A stretch of 63,654 nt of DNA, counting the filler, from Folioceros fuciformis (lineage: Eukaryota), in NCBI GenBank assembly GCA_049999805.1. It is 14 parts of 14 records of this genome, joined end to end, with 100 filler letters (N's around TTAATTAATTAA, not from the genome) between each part and the next. Parts side by side here need not be neighbours in the genome. Positions count along the whole stretch, not along the records: positions 45,874 to 51,593 come from JBNGIO010003723.1; positions 51,694 to 58,990 come from JBNGIO010003724.1; 12 more parts are not named here. The stretch is one strand, 5' to 3'. Below, piece by piece: positions 47,309-59,090 of this stretch (positions are counted from its first letter, which is position 1; every line of letters starts with the position of its first letter). Both the position numbers and the translations under genes were made by a program. A model generated the notes under the pieces. The model made no database searches. It had not been told where the DNA came from and saw nothing but the letters and a program-made list of their open reading frames with translations.

Positions 47309-50257
47309 ATGGCCACAGCGAAGGTGGAAGCTTCGTTACTCCTCTTTGCACGACATTGGCTTTCGGGCCAGACTCAACAAATAGGTGCGTGTACGGGGAT
47401 TGAAAGTCGAGATGCTGCGAACCTCATCTTAGGGAGTCGATCCCTGGCAAGCAAAGCCTCCAGGTGCAGCAGTGTCAGGCGGCCAGCACTTCCACCTCTA
47501 AGAGATTCCGTGAGCAGGGACGGGTTCCCCAGCGATGGTCGTTGCCATGAGCGGGATCAGGAGCACTTGTGGCAGCAGTTTTTCTTGGACCCTACCATGT
47601 GGTGGGACAACAGGCGAGATAACAAGCGATTCCATTCTCCTCACTTCCGGCGCAAGGGGTCCGGCGAGGTGCTGTTGTTGGACAACATGTTTAAGCCAAC
47701 TTGGGTTGATGAGCAGCTCATTTCCTTGGATATGCAAGTTGGCCGTGACGCCTCTCCTTCCGAGTGGAGCACTGAAGATAATTTTGAACCTGGAAGGCGT
47801 GCAGGCTCGGGAATGGGGGCCAGGTGTAGCAGTGTTACCGTGAGCACGTTGTGTCGGCAGGGGAGGCTTTCTGCTGACGTTCGGGTCCCCGAAACTCTAG
47901 CGGACACAGACTCTCCCGTTTCTCAGTTTTTTTTTTTTTTTGTCCTGAAACTGTGTACGGCCAAGAAGGATTTGGTTTTGGGGCGGCGAGTTCATGATCT
48001 CATTATTAAACTTGGATACGAGTCGAATGCATACCTGGGGAACCATATCTTGCGCATGTACGCATGTGGGGGCAGACTAGAGGAGGCCAAGGATGTGCTC
48101 ACCAGGGTGGGGAAACCAGATGCCTTCATGTGGTCTTCCATAATATCCGCATACGCTAAGCAAGGGAAACCCAATGAAGCAATGCAACTTTATCATGAGA
48201 TGCGTAGGTCAGGAGTTAAGGCGGATGCCCACGTCTTCGTAGCTGCCCTTCAGGCTTGTGCATTCGCTGCTGACTTGGAATCTGGAAGAAAAGTGCACCA
48301 CGATGTGGAACACAGTGGCATTCCAACTAACTTGTTTATCGGGAGCTGCCTGGTGGACATGTATGCAAAATGTGGAAAAATGAAAGATGCACAGAAGGTC
48401 TTTGATAGCATGACCACAAAGGATGTGGTGATATGGAATGCCCTGATTGCTGGGTATGCACAGCAAGGACTGGGCCGAGAGGCGCTTCTAGTGTATGGGC
48501 AAATGGGCGAGGGGTGCCGCATTTTGGCTAACCATGTTACTTTTGCTTGCCTTCTGAAGGCCTGCGGAAGCACGGGTGCCTTACAGAAGGGCATGCAATT
48601 GCATTCACAGATTGTGGAAAAGGGACTGCTGGATGATGTCGTGGTGGGCAACAGCCTGGTGGACATGTATGCAAAATGTGGCAAAATGGAAGATGCACGC
48701 AAGGTTTTTGACAGCGTGAAGAGAAAGGATGTGGTGACATGGACTGCCCTGATATCTGGCTATGCACAGCAAGGACTCGGCCAAGAGGCTCTTGTTGTGT
48801 ATGAAAGAATGGAACAGGAGGGCCTGGTTGTGGCTAACCCTGTTACGTTTGCTTGCCTCTTGAAGGCCTGTGGAAGCACTGGTGCCTTACAGAAGGGCAG
48901 GAACCTGCACTCACAGATAGTGGGAAAAGGACTGCTGGATAACGTAGTTTTAGGCAACTGCCTGGTCGATATGTATGCTAAATGTGGTGAACTGGAAGAA
49001 GCACGCCAGGTTTTTGACAGCATGAACACAAAGAATGTGGTGACGTGGAATACACTCTTAACTGGATATGCACAGCAAGGACTTGGCCATGAGGCGCTTG
49101 CTGTGTACGAGCGGATGGAGCAGGAGGGCCTGATTGTGTCTGACGATGTTACCTTTGCCTGCCTCTTGAAGGCCTGTGGAAGCACTGGTGCCCTACAGAA
49201 GGGGAGGCAGCTGCACTCACAGATAGTGGAGAAAGGACTGCTGGATAACGTAGTCTTAGGCAACTGCCTGGTTGATATGTACGCAAAATGTGGCGATTTG
49301 GAAGATGCACGCCAGGCCTTCGAAAGCATGAACACAAAGGATGTGGTGACATGGAATGCCCTGATATCTGGATATGGCACTTGTGATGAAGGTCACAGGG
49401 CGCTAGCTTGTTTTGAGGAGATGTTGGCCGCCGGCATTCAGCCTAATGCAGTTACTTTCACTTGCCTTTTAGTAGCCTGCAGTCACGGGGGACTTGTCCA
49501 TGACGGTCGCAAGCACTTCAATTCCATGGCGGAACAGCATGGCATCACACCTACTCTTGAGCATTATAATTGCATGATTGATCTCCTTGGACGTGCAGGC
49601 CAGTTAGATGCGGCACAGAAGAAGCTATTGCAATGTGAGGGCCAAAGTAATGTTGTGGGTTTAATGTCTCTGTTGAACGCCTGTAAAATTCACGGGGATT
49701 TGGAGAGGGCGATGTGGTGTTTTCAAAGCATTCTTAGGCTGGACCCCAAGCAGGCGTCCGCATATGTGCTTATGGCCAACGCCTTTGCAGATGCTGGCAG
49801 GTGGACCGATGTAGACAGGATTGAAGCACAAAGATCAGCAGCAGGAGCTAACAAGAAGCCTGCAATGGCAACCATTGAGGTGAAAAATCAGGTACACAGA
49901 TTCTTGGTGGGAGAAAGGAGAGAGGATATTGCGCTTAAGGTAGAGAGTACGAATGCACGCCTGAAGCAGGAAGGAGGCCACGTACCAATCACAAAGTTGG
50001 TGCTGAAGCCAATGTCAGAGAAGGAAAAGGAAGATGTGCTATGTGGGCACGCTGAAAAGCTAGCTCTGGCGTTTGGTCTTTTGAACACTCCGAGTGGGAC
50101 CCCTCTGGTGGTGACCAAGAATCTGCGCATGTGCAGTGACTGCCACAGTTCCACGGAGATCATGTCAAGGCTTGGACAAAGAGACATCGTGGTGAGGGAT
50201 GGGTACCGTGTGCATCGATTCGCTGCTGGTTGTTGCAGTTGTAAAGGTCGACCGTGA
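47309..50257 (+). CDS. 982-aa PLS-PPR protein with E1/E2 and KP-type DYW domain ending in GRP (candidate organellar U-to-C editing factor), with N-terminal OSB-like PDF motif
   Basis: Intronless ORF with a transit-peptide-like N-terminus and ~17 PLS motifs (VDMYAKCG every 306 nt). DYW domain: KKPAMATIEV (49853), HAEKLA (50048), KNLRMCSDCH, CSCKGRP*. Confidence 0.95.
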   Translation: MATAKVEASLLLFARHWLSGQTQQIGACTGIESRDAANLILGSRSLASKASRCSSVRRPALPPLRDSVSRDGFPSDGRCHERDQEHLWQQFFLDPTMWWDNRRDNKRFHSPHFRRKGSGEVLLLDNMFKPTWVDEQLISLDMQVGRDASPSEWSTEDNFEPGRRAGSGMGARCSSVTVSTLCRQGRLSADVRVPETLADTDSPVSQFFFFFVLKLCTAKKDLVLGRRVHDLIIKLGYESNAYLGNHILRMYACGGRLEEAKDVLTRVGKPDAFMWSSIISAYAKQGKPNEAMQLYHEMRRSGVKADAHVFVAALQACAFAADLESGRKVHHDVEHSGIPTNLFIGSCLVDMYAKCGKMKDAQKVFDSMTTKDVVIWNALIAGYAQQGLGREALLVYGQMGEGCRILANHVTFACLLKACGSTGALQKGMQLHSQIVEKGLLDDVVVGNSLVDMYAKCGKMEDARKVFDSVKRKDVVTWTALISGYAQQGLGQEALVVYERMEQEGLVVANPVTFACLLKACGSTGALQKGRNLHSQIVGKGLLDNVVLGNCLVDMYAKCGELEEARQVFDSMNTKNVVTWNTLLTGYAQQGLGHEALAVYERMEQEGLIVSDDVTFACLLKACGSTGALQKGRQLHSQIVEKGLLDNVVLGNCLVDMYAKCGDLEDARQAFESMNTKDVVTWNALISGYGTCDEGHRALACFEEMLAAGIQPNAVTFTCLLVACSHGGLVHDGRKHFNSMAEQHGITPTLEHYNCMIDLLGRAGQLDAAQKKLLQCEGQSNVVGLMSLLNACKIHGDLERAMWCFQSILRLDPKQASAYVLMANAFADAGRWTDVDRIEAQRSAAGANKKPAMATIEVKNQVHRFLVGERREDIALKVESTNARLKQEGGHVPITKLVLKPMSEKEKEDVLCGHAEKLALAFGLLNTPSGTPLVVTKNLRMCSDCHSSTEIMSRLGQRDIVVRDGYRVHRFAAGCCSCKGRP

Positions 50258-50709
50258 GAATTATGCAGGGGTACCCAGAGCCCGAGTGTGTACGCCAAAG
50301 AACTTTGAATCTTCTTTTCCGGCTGAATGTGCTTGCTTAATCCGATGGAAAATATCCTAGATCGGGATTTCGAACCCAGCATATTTAACGCATCGCGTTC
50401 ACCCCAAATCCGGACGTTTAAAAGGAAAAAGCCACGTATATAAAAAGTGACAGCGACTGAGAAGATATTGTTTCAATTCATGGCACAATCTTTCGCAACC
50501 GTCTCAACCGGCCGAGCCCGCTGCTGCTGTCTTTGCTCCTTCACTGTCTCCGCAGATGACTGTGATCTCTAGCGTCTCTTCCTGTAAGCCCAGAAATCCA
50601 GATTTCTAGGCCACGAGGCGAGCTTTCTCCAGGGTGACATGAATGATCTCTTCTGCATAATAAAAAAATTCTCGACGTTGCATGTCATGATCGCCTCTGT
50701 CCGGGGTGG

Positions 50710-51593
50710 CTAGTCGAGTATACACTTCAAGTCCTTGGCAACTTCCGCAATTTTAGGGGCCAACGACGTCAAAGAGGCATTTATAATGCTGGCCACGTCG
50801 AGGTCCACCGCAGCGTTCCTTACCAATCCAATATGCATCTGCGCATAGACCAGAATGAGAACCGAAGAAACACATGGCCATATATCGCATGAAGTACAAG
50901 AAATGCAGGGACACAGAGATGAGAAAGGCGACATACAAGAGACCCGACGGAGACGAGTGCACGAAACCTGACATCCACATCGTCCTCTGTTGGCCCTGCC
51001 ATCTGCCAACCAACCAACCATAGGGCTTGTAACGGGATACTGCTAGGAAGACGAGATACTTAATGAAAGAGTTGAATGAAGTTTACCTCTAACGCGGCGG
51101 ATAAGACCTGAATCTGTCCAGGTTCATCTTTTCGGTCGATGAGCAAAACAGCGTAGCTGCATCATCCACTAACGTCTCAATAAAACTTGTCAAAGAGAAA
51201 AGTACAACAGATAGGTGGCACATGAATGCGTTGTAAAGCTGGATCGTTGATTTAGAGCTGGAACTCACTTCAGAACAAGGGTGGCATAGGCCAATCTCAC
51301 ATTCTTGCTAGTTGCAGTGCAGCAATCAGCAAACAAGTCCAAAACCTGAAAGCATGAGCTCGCAACGGTAAATAACATCTCAACACAGTGCTGACCTCCT
51401 CGTGTATTTCAAGGAAATATTCAAAAGCCTTGCTCACCAGTTACGACCCATACACAGCACTACTATTAAACATATGAAACTCCAGCACTAACCTCACTGC
51501 GATGTTCGACAACCCATGCCCTGAGGGCTGAGTGCCTGAAGGTGTTGACAGCAAGCCGGGTACTTGTCAGCTGGTTTGCAGAAATAACTGGAG
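50710..51593 (-). CDS. 3' exons of a PLAA/DOA1(UFD3)-like gene (PUL domain)
   Basis: Spliced exons read PVISANQLTSTRLAVNTFRHSALRAWVVEHRSE | VLDLFADCCTATSKNVRLAYATLVLN | YAVLLIDRKDEPGQIQVLSAALE | MAGPTEDDVDVRFRALVSVGSL | MHIGLVRNAAVDLDVASII...KIAEVAKDLKCILD*. This matches the PUL-domain C-terminus of plant PLAA homologues as I recall it. Confidence 0.85.
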
Positions 51594-51940
51594 NNNNNNN
51601 NNNNNNNNNNNNNNNNNNNNNNNNNNNNNNNNNNNNNTTAATTAATTAANNNNNNNNNNNNNNNNNNNNNNNNNNNNNNNNNNNNNNNNNNNNCAAGGAA
51701 GAAACAGGAAGGGAAGATTGAGAAGGAAGGGAGGAAGAAGAGGAAGGGGGCAAGAAGGGAATGGAGGAGGAAGGGAGAAAGGGAGGAAAGGGGATGGGGG
51801 CGGCTGCAGCCCCTGCCTCTAGCTCTAGCTAGGGCATGGCCTCCACAACCGTTCATGCCAGCCAAGCAATCAGCCAGCCTATCGTCAGACCCTGACCCCT
51901 GACACTGACACACCCAGATACCCATTCCTATGTTCAAACC

Positions 51941-52006
51941 ATTATTATATTATTATATTATTATTATATTATTATATTATTATTATATTATTATATTATT
52001 ATATAT
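51941..52006. repeat. AT-only microsatellite (attat/tatt units)
   Basis: attattatattattatatt... run of ~65 nt. Confidence 0.85.
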
Positions 52007-54326
52007 CTTTAATTAATATTAAACTAATCACCCAACCCTATGGCCTGGTACCGAACCTAAACCTTCCCAGGTCTGGGACCAAACCTATACCCACTCTTAT
52101 AACCAAACCAACTATTTCCTGGTCAATTAACTTAATTAGCACAAAGAAAAATAGGAAAAATGACCAGAAAATCAAGGAAAATTAGGGAAAATAAGTTGAA
52201 AAAGAAAACCAAACCATACCACTATTAACCCTTTTTCAACCAAAACAAACTACTACCCCAAACTTTGGAGGTTCACAACTACCTAGTGGTTACAACAGCT
52301 TATGGTTGCAACCACTTAACCACCTAACCACCTAGCCTATATAAAGGCTTGTACTCTTTACTTTCTTAATTTAATTCTCATTGTAGCACTTCATGCCTAA
52401 GAGCTATGATTCTCATCAGCTTCCCCCGCACGTAATGCCACAAGATCCTGGACCATCACGGGAGACTAGGTGTTCCAAGGGAACTGGAATAATCTGAGCT
52501 CCCATTGCTCCATTAAATACCCCGTTGCCACGATGTAGGGCGCAGAGTTGGGGTAGGCCGTAGTCCAGATGTGTTCCTCACTCAACTTCCAAGGAGTCCC
52601 TTCCTCAAGAAATCTTCTCGGCGCNNNNNNNNNNNNNNNNNNNNNNNNNNNNNNNNNNNNNNNNNNNNNNNNNNNNNNNNNNNNNNNNNNNNNNNNNNNN
52701 NNNNNNNNNNNNNNNNNNNNNNNNTATGCTGCAATCGTTTGAAGTCTATTACACCCACGATTGCTTATGATGCTGGGTTGCGGCGGCTAGATTTTGGGGA
52801 GTGGGACTCCCTAAGCTCCGTCCTATAGTGGCCACACTTATCCCATTGTCGTTAGTATAGAATGGGTTTCGATCCCACCAAAGAGTGGCTGGTGTTCCCA
52901 ATCTATAGTGTATGATATGACTCCTCTTGACTTCACAACCCCACAACTCTTACATTTGACCCAACAACTCTTGTCCATCCAACTGCTGACTCTCTACTCC
53001 TAACCATGCGACCCCTAGTTAGGACTTGTTTAGCTGCAAACAGATAAGGTCTATCACCCCTGACCTGACCACACAACCTCCCACTTCACACTTCTCATGC
53101 CTCACAACCAACTTCCATCCAAATCACTTTTGACCTTGCTACCTTCGGTCAGAGGTACTACTCAACTTTCGACAGACTTGCTGTGGAGTGAAATATTGTG
53201 TCCAGGGACGCCATGAGGTCCACATTCACTCTCTATGTCGTTGTAGTCGTGGGATTCGCTCCCAAGGGAATGATTTGTGCCAAGTAACATGGGCTTCTAC
53301 TACTATTGACTCTTACCTAGGTCAGGATTCATCCACTACCGTCCCTACTACCTACTAGCTCAACTACCACTACCCTCAGGTAGCCCAGCTACCTCGGTCC
53401 CTACTCTACGACTCCGATTCCTACTCCACGACTACGTTCATTGGCTCCACGACCGAAAGTGACCTCCACGACTGTGGTGGGTCCCACCCAAAACCCTAAC
53501 TAATGTTTTTCAGCGCATGCGCCGCCGCAGGTTTCCGCTCCGGGTTCTTGCTCCAGGGCTTCTAGACTCACAGTTCTGGTCTTATTGGGTGATAAACACA
53601 CATACAGAGACCAACCCTTGGGAAGCAAGGCCTCGTACGAATATTTATTGATAAATAAATATTAATTATAGTTCATTGTTATATACCAATGGTTAATTAC
53701 GTAAGCAAACCCTAGTGACAGTTATTTCCGGTTGTAACCGTTCATGGGACTTAGATTCAATATCCTTGTTTCCCCTTCATTGTAATGTATTCTGTTTTGT
53801 AAGTTCAGCCGAACATGTGATTTGCCAATCTCATTTCCACAAACGTATCAGCATTACTCCCTACACATACAACGCACACACAAGAACTCTAATACACATT
53901 CCTTTCTCCTAGACCGGGTTCCAAATGCTTCTAATCCCCCAGCAACGGTCACAGATCTCTAGAAATCTCTCAGCTACTCTTCACAATCTCTTGCACTCTC
54001 CAACAATCCTCTACGGTCTTTCACAACCATCCAGAAAACACTTGAAAACCCTTCAACGTTCCGGCCAAATCCCGACGATCCTCCACAACCTTCCTGAATC
54101 TTCCAACAAGCTCATACAGTTTTCCAATTAGTTCAGTTAGCTCTTTGTCTCCATCTCAGTCCTCTGCCTCACACCTCATTCCGCATTCAGTGCTTGGGCC
54201 ACGCTTTTCTCTCTTTCTCTTCTTCTCTTCTCAACTCCCTCAACTCACTCAGCTCACTCGTTCAATCTTGCTCACACGCTTACTCAATTTGAATTTTGGA
54301 ATGCAGCAGTTAGCTCAAGGAATAGG

Positions 54327-54671
54327 GGAGGAGAAAACCTCCCGTGTCTCAGTTCTTGCGGATTCGTCCCCCTCACCACCAGCTACGGAGCAATGTTCTT
54401 GACTCCTTCTAAGAGCTTCTCGCGCATGCTACCCTCCTAGGCAACGCAGGGATCTCAACCGGAAGGCAGTTCTGCACACACACTCAAATTCCAATCACGA
54501 CGGATGACTCAGGGAATATTGGAGGAGAAAACCTCCCATGCCGCGGTCCTTGCGGAATCGTCCCCCTCACCACCGGCCACGGAGCAATGCTCGCAACTCT
54601 CCCTAGGAGCTTCTCGCACACACTGCCCTCCTCGACAGCGCGGGAATCTCAATCGAGGAGTGTCTCCAACA
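54327..54671. repeat. Diverged ~145-bp direct repeat pair, probably within an LTR
   Basis: ggaggagaaaacctccc...ttgcgga.tcgtccccctcaccacc.gc.acggagcaatg...gagcttctcgc...ccctcct...atctcaa starts at ~54327 and again at ~54521. Confidence 0.75.
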
Positions 54672-55174
54672 TTGGCTGATTAGAGAGGCCCTAACATGCC
54701 TCTTTGTACAAAGCGTTCAGAGTGGGAGTCACAGCCTGCCATAAAGTCTGGTCTAAAACGGTCAAGCTGTAGAGTCCTCTTAATTGCAAGCGGCATCAGG
54801 TCCAAGACAACATCTTTATCAAACCTTAACTAAGCTCTATTTTAAGATGCAATAAATTCTGGCCCTATCTCAGCGTCACGCTCGCCTTCTATTCACCCTT
54901 TGCTTCCTCCTTCCTCGGCCGCCAAACCCCTGGGCTCTCCTCCCCCTCTGCTGGTCAGGCAAGTCTTCACATAAAACCTTCACCTCGCTTTCACTACTGT
55001 CTGACTTTCACCTAGGTAGGCATGGGTGGGGTCCGCCAGGGAGCCCTCTCTCCTCCCCCTAGTTGCCTGTTACTAAGGACCATCACGGGTTCCTGTTCCA
55101 CCCAGGCCTGTGCCTCTTCCTCGGTGAGCTCCTCCCAAACTGCCTCCGAATAACAGGGGGTTAACCCCCACACT

Positions 55175-57240
55175 TGAAAGCAATAGGAGAAGCATCCCCT
55201 ACGAGTCCTCACTTGCAGACGGTAGGCCCTGGTCCCTCCTATTCACACACACGCACATGGACAGTAAGGTTAAGTACATGGTCTCCATTCATGTGGAATG
55301 ATTTCTTGCACCCAAGAACCACCAAAGGGCCACACATCCCCTTATTATCGTTGCAGTACTATGATTCGCTCCCAAGGGAGTGAACTAGTGTCAAGGTTTT
55401 CTACAATCTTCCCACACTACCCTAATCTAATCCTATCTATCAGCCGGCTCCTAGCCCTAGCCTCACTACAGCAAAAAAGATCAGAATCCTTAGCCCTGTC
55501 TTCAACGCCAACCACAGCTCCAGCTGAATGAGAACCAGCATCATCTTCAGCTCCCACTTACAGCTCCAAGTATCAGCCACCTCAGCAACTGAGAGGAGGT
55601 CCCAACCCTAGCCTTGGCCTCCACTCTTAGCCCTAAATGCCAGCCACCTCAGCAGCTGATTGAGAACTTTAGCACCTAAGCTCCTCACCTCAACACACCA
55701 ACTCCACACTCCAGCACTTCAAATCTCTTCTCCAACACTTCAGCTTTTCAACCCTTCATCCCTTCACCCTCACGGTTCACTCCTAGATTTTGGAACACAA
55801 CAGCCCCTCACTTGCAGTCCTTGAGGCAGGGAAGTGCAGACCCAAGCTGCATAGCCTCCTTGGCTCACAGCCCTGCAATCCGTCGCCTTGGAAACCCCTT
55901 AGGGACATCAAGGTACCCCAACCACCCAACCAGCATGCAAGAAAGGTCAGCCCTTGCGGATCTGGCCACCCAAATCTCAGCAATTTTGGGAGCCGCAACG
56001 TTCCCCTAGTGGCATGGGGAATCAAGGCAAAGGTGCATCTGCACACTGGATTAACCCTCTAACCCAGCAGCCTGCACACAAGGTCAAGGGAGCTCTCACC
56101 AAAAAAACCTCCCCCCTCAATAACAGGCCTGGCCTCTTATACTCCCTTGGCCCGGAACCCCTGTCACTGCCTAACCAGGTCAGCACACCTTAGACAGAAC
56201 CCTCCACTCGTCAAAACCCTAAACCTAAGTCTGACCTAATCCTAACCCTAACTCTGATCTAACTCTAATCTAACCGAGTCTTCTAACCTTTCGTCTACAA
56301 CACTCACTCACATATCCAAAAAAAAGGGAGAACCCATCCTTTCCCAGGGGTCTGTTCAGCATGTGGAGTCCACAATTCACATAGAGGCCAGGAATATAAG
56401 ATTCCTCATCCACGTGCTTTAATACAATCTGGCCTCTTAATCTGCACATGAGGTACTTACCCCCTCCTCCCGTGGGCTACCCTTGACTGTCTGCTCTCTG
56501 CGTTCCAAGGGTGTTGGGGAGCCTCATGTCCCATTGGCTGCTGCCGTCTCCAGTTCGGTCCTCTTGGCGCGAGTAGGAATTCCAACCACCCCGATTGCTG
56601 GCTCCACGACTTTCGTTGCTTCCCCGACCATGGTAAGGCTTTCTTCTATTGGTGTTGTTTCTCTCCGACCGGTAGTGGCTTCCGCTACCTTGGTCGTGGA
56701 CTTGTTGTTCCGTTTGATTTTCCCTTTCCCCTTGACTCGGCTACAGGCCTCATCCCGTTCCTGTTTGTAATGGTCCACGAGCTTCTGGATCTTCTCCACC
56801 GCGGATGCCTCCTGCTCTTGCGCCCGCAGCAACTCTTGTTGCATTTCCTGATTCGCTTCATGTACTTCCTTAACTTGGGTCTGAAGCAGTTCCTACTAAT
56901 CCTTCATGGCCTGCACTTCTTCCCGAGCCCGACGTAATTCTTCCTGTACCTGTGCTTTCACTACATCCAAGGCATGTTGGGCTTCCTCTAATTATTCCCG
57001 CCTTGCCTCCGCTTCAATGAGGTTGGCTTGCGCCTCCTCTTCTCGCTGTCCCTGCATACTCAACCAAGTAAGCGCCAATGCGGCCTGATCCAGCATGTCC
57101 GGTTGTGCTTGGACCATGGCCACTGTCAGGCCCGGTAAATCCACCTACTAAGGTGCTCCGCCTGTAGCCATCCCTCTTGTGGAGGCAAAACACTGGGCAG
57201 TGATTGTCGATGGGTTTCACCTTTAGTGGGTGATGTCTAG
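55175..57240 (-). mobile_element. LTR-retroelement family A copy: ~1.1-kb LTR and part of internal region
   Basis: Shares in order with 37280-38345: aagggagtgaacta.tgtcaaggtt, ccttggctcacagccctgcaa, cgttcccctagtggca, cctcttatac (TATAAG on minus strand), the telomere-like tract and ttcagcatgtggagtccaca. Putative LTR end CTTTCA at 55175. A decayed coiled-coil frame lies at 56524-57080. Confidence 0.65.
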
Positions 57241-57364
57241 GCATGATTTATTTAGGGATAAGCTACCACACTTTTCACAGACTCCTCCGTTATGTGAACC
57301 TTGTATCTATGCTAAACAACGTAGCTTCCCCTATCCTACTCTCCCTGCCCGTTGGGCTACTTAG

Positions 57365-58990
57365 CCCTTGGAGTTGGTCCATGTTGATCTTTGTGGTCCA
57401 CTCCTTGTCCCTTCACTTGGCGGCACCTTGCACTTTATGACTATTGTTGATGACTATAGTTGCTATACCTTTGCTATTCTGCTCAAGTTGAAGAGTGATT
57501 CCTTTGGCTCCTTTACTCCTTTTGTCACTATGGCTGAGCTGCAAACCGGTTGCAAGCTTCGGTGCATTAGATCTTACAATGCAGGAGAATTAAATAACCA
57601 GCAATTTAAGGACTTCTGTCTTGAGAGGGGGATTATACGTCAGCTTATGGTTCCCATTACTTCTCAGCAGAATGGGGTTGTTGAAAAGGCCAACGACGAT
57701 CTGCTCACCATGGTCCGCACCATGCTAGCCCGCGCTCAGCTCCCCAAACCCTTCTGGGCCGAAGCGGTTAATACTGTGGCATATCTCTGCAACAGGGTTC
57801 TTTCCAAGACAAATCCTGGCCAGACACCCTTTGAGTCTTGGCATGGATGTAAGCCTCTTATTTCTCATCTTCGAATTTTCGGCTGCCCCGCCTATGCTAA
57901 TATTCCTTCTTAGCTTCGCGACAAGCTTTCTGCTCGTGCTCGTAAGCTAGTATTTGTTGGCTATGGCAAAGACCGTAAGCCTTATAAACTGGTTGACTTG
58001 GATACCCATGCCGTTGTATATGCTCGCACTGTCACTTTTGATGAGGCTCGGTTAGCATTTGCTCGTTTTGAGTCCATGGATTCTTCTTTGGCTCCTTCAG
58101 ACGACAATGCTTCTTCCGACCCGAGTGACCTTATGCCTGAGTTTTTGACTAAGCCCTTTGTTTTCCCGGACTCTGGTCCTGCACCTTCTGCTCCATCCCT
58201 AGCCTCTTCACCTCAAACAACACCTACCCCTATTGTTCCTGCTCAAGAGGGGGAAGATGAACAGGCCATTGTTGATTCTTATGAAAACAGAGAAGACTTT
58301 GGTGCTCTTAATCCACAAGACCCAGGGACTGTTCCTGCTCCACCTTCTCCTGTGATACTTGATCCAGCCCCTGAGCGAAGATATCCTTTGCGTCATCATC
58401 AACCGAGACACCTCTGGAATGAGATCCCCTTTGATTTAGAGTTCAATCAAGCTTGCTACACCACTACTGCTGCAGGTTACTTCGACGCCTTCGGTGTTGC
58501 CTCTTCAGAGGGAGATCCTCTCACTTTGCAAGAGGCATATTCGCGACCCGATGCAGCTAAGTAGAAGTTTGCTATTGATGATGAATATGATTCTCTTATC
58601 AAAAATAATACTTGGACTCTAGTAAACTTGCCGAAAGGCAGAACTGTCAAATGCAAGTGGGTTTTCAATACTAAATTTCAGGAGGTTGAACCTCGTATTT
58701 GCTATAAGGCGAGACTAGTGGCTAAGGGTTATAGTCAGAAAGAGGGAGTGGACTATCAAGGCGATAAGGTTTATTCATTTGTAGTCAAGGCTGCTTTCGT
58801 GAGAATGCTCCTAGCTTTATGTGTCGAGCTTAATGTGAAAATTTATCAACTTGATGTTTGTACTGCTTTTCTTTATGGTCATCTGCAAGAAGAGATCTAT
58901 ATGGATCAACCAGAAGGCTATGAAGATAAGCAATACCCAAACAAGGTGTGTAAACTTATTCGTTCTATTTACGGACTAAAGCAAAGCCCA
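57365..58990 (+). mobile_element. Ty1/copia integrase-RT fragment, pseudogenised
   Basis: LELVHVDLCGP...TIVDDYS...QQNGVVEK...FWAEAVNTVAYLCNR...LRIFGCPAY; VKCKWVFNTK...YKARLVAKGYSQKEGVDY...QLDVCTAFLYG...SIYGLKQSP. In-frame TAG stops. Confidence 0.95.
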
Positions 58991-59090
58991 NNNNNNNNNN
59001 NNNNNNNNNNNNNNNNNNNNNNNNNNNNNNNNNNTTAATTAATTAANNNNNNNNNNNNNNNNNNNNNNNNNNNNNNNNNNNNNNNNNNNN

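Noticed and set aside
52380-52430. CTGATGAG on the minus strand as a hammerhead ribozyme (retrozyme)
   Set aside because: No stem II closing onto a GAAA core could be found.
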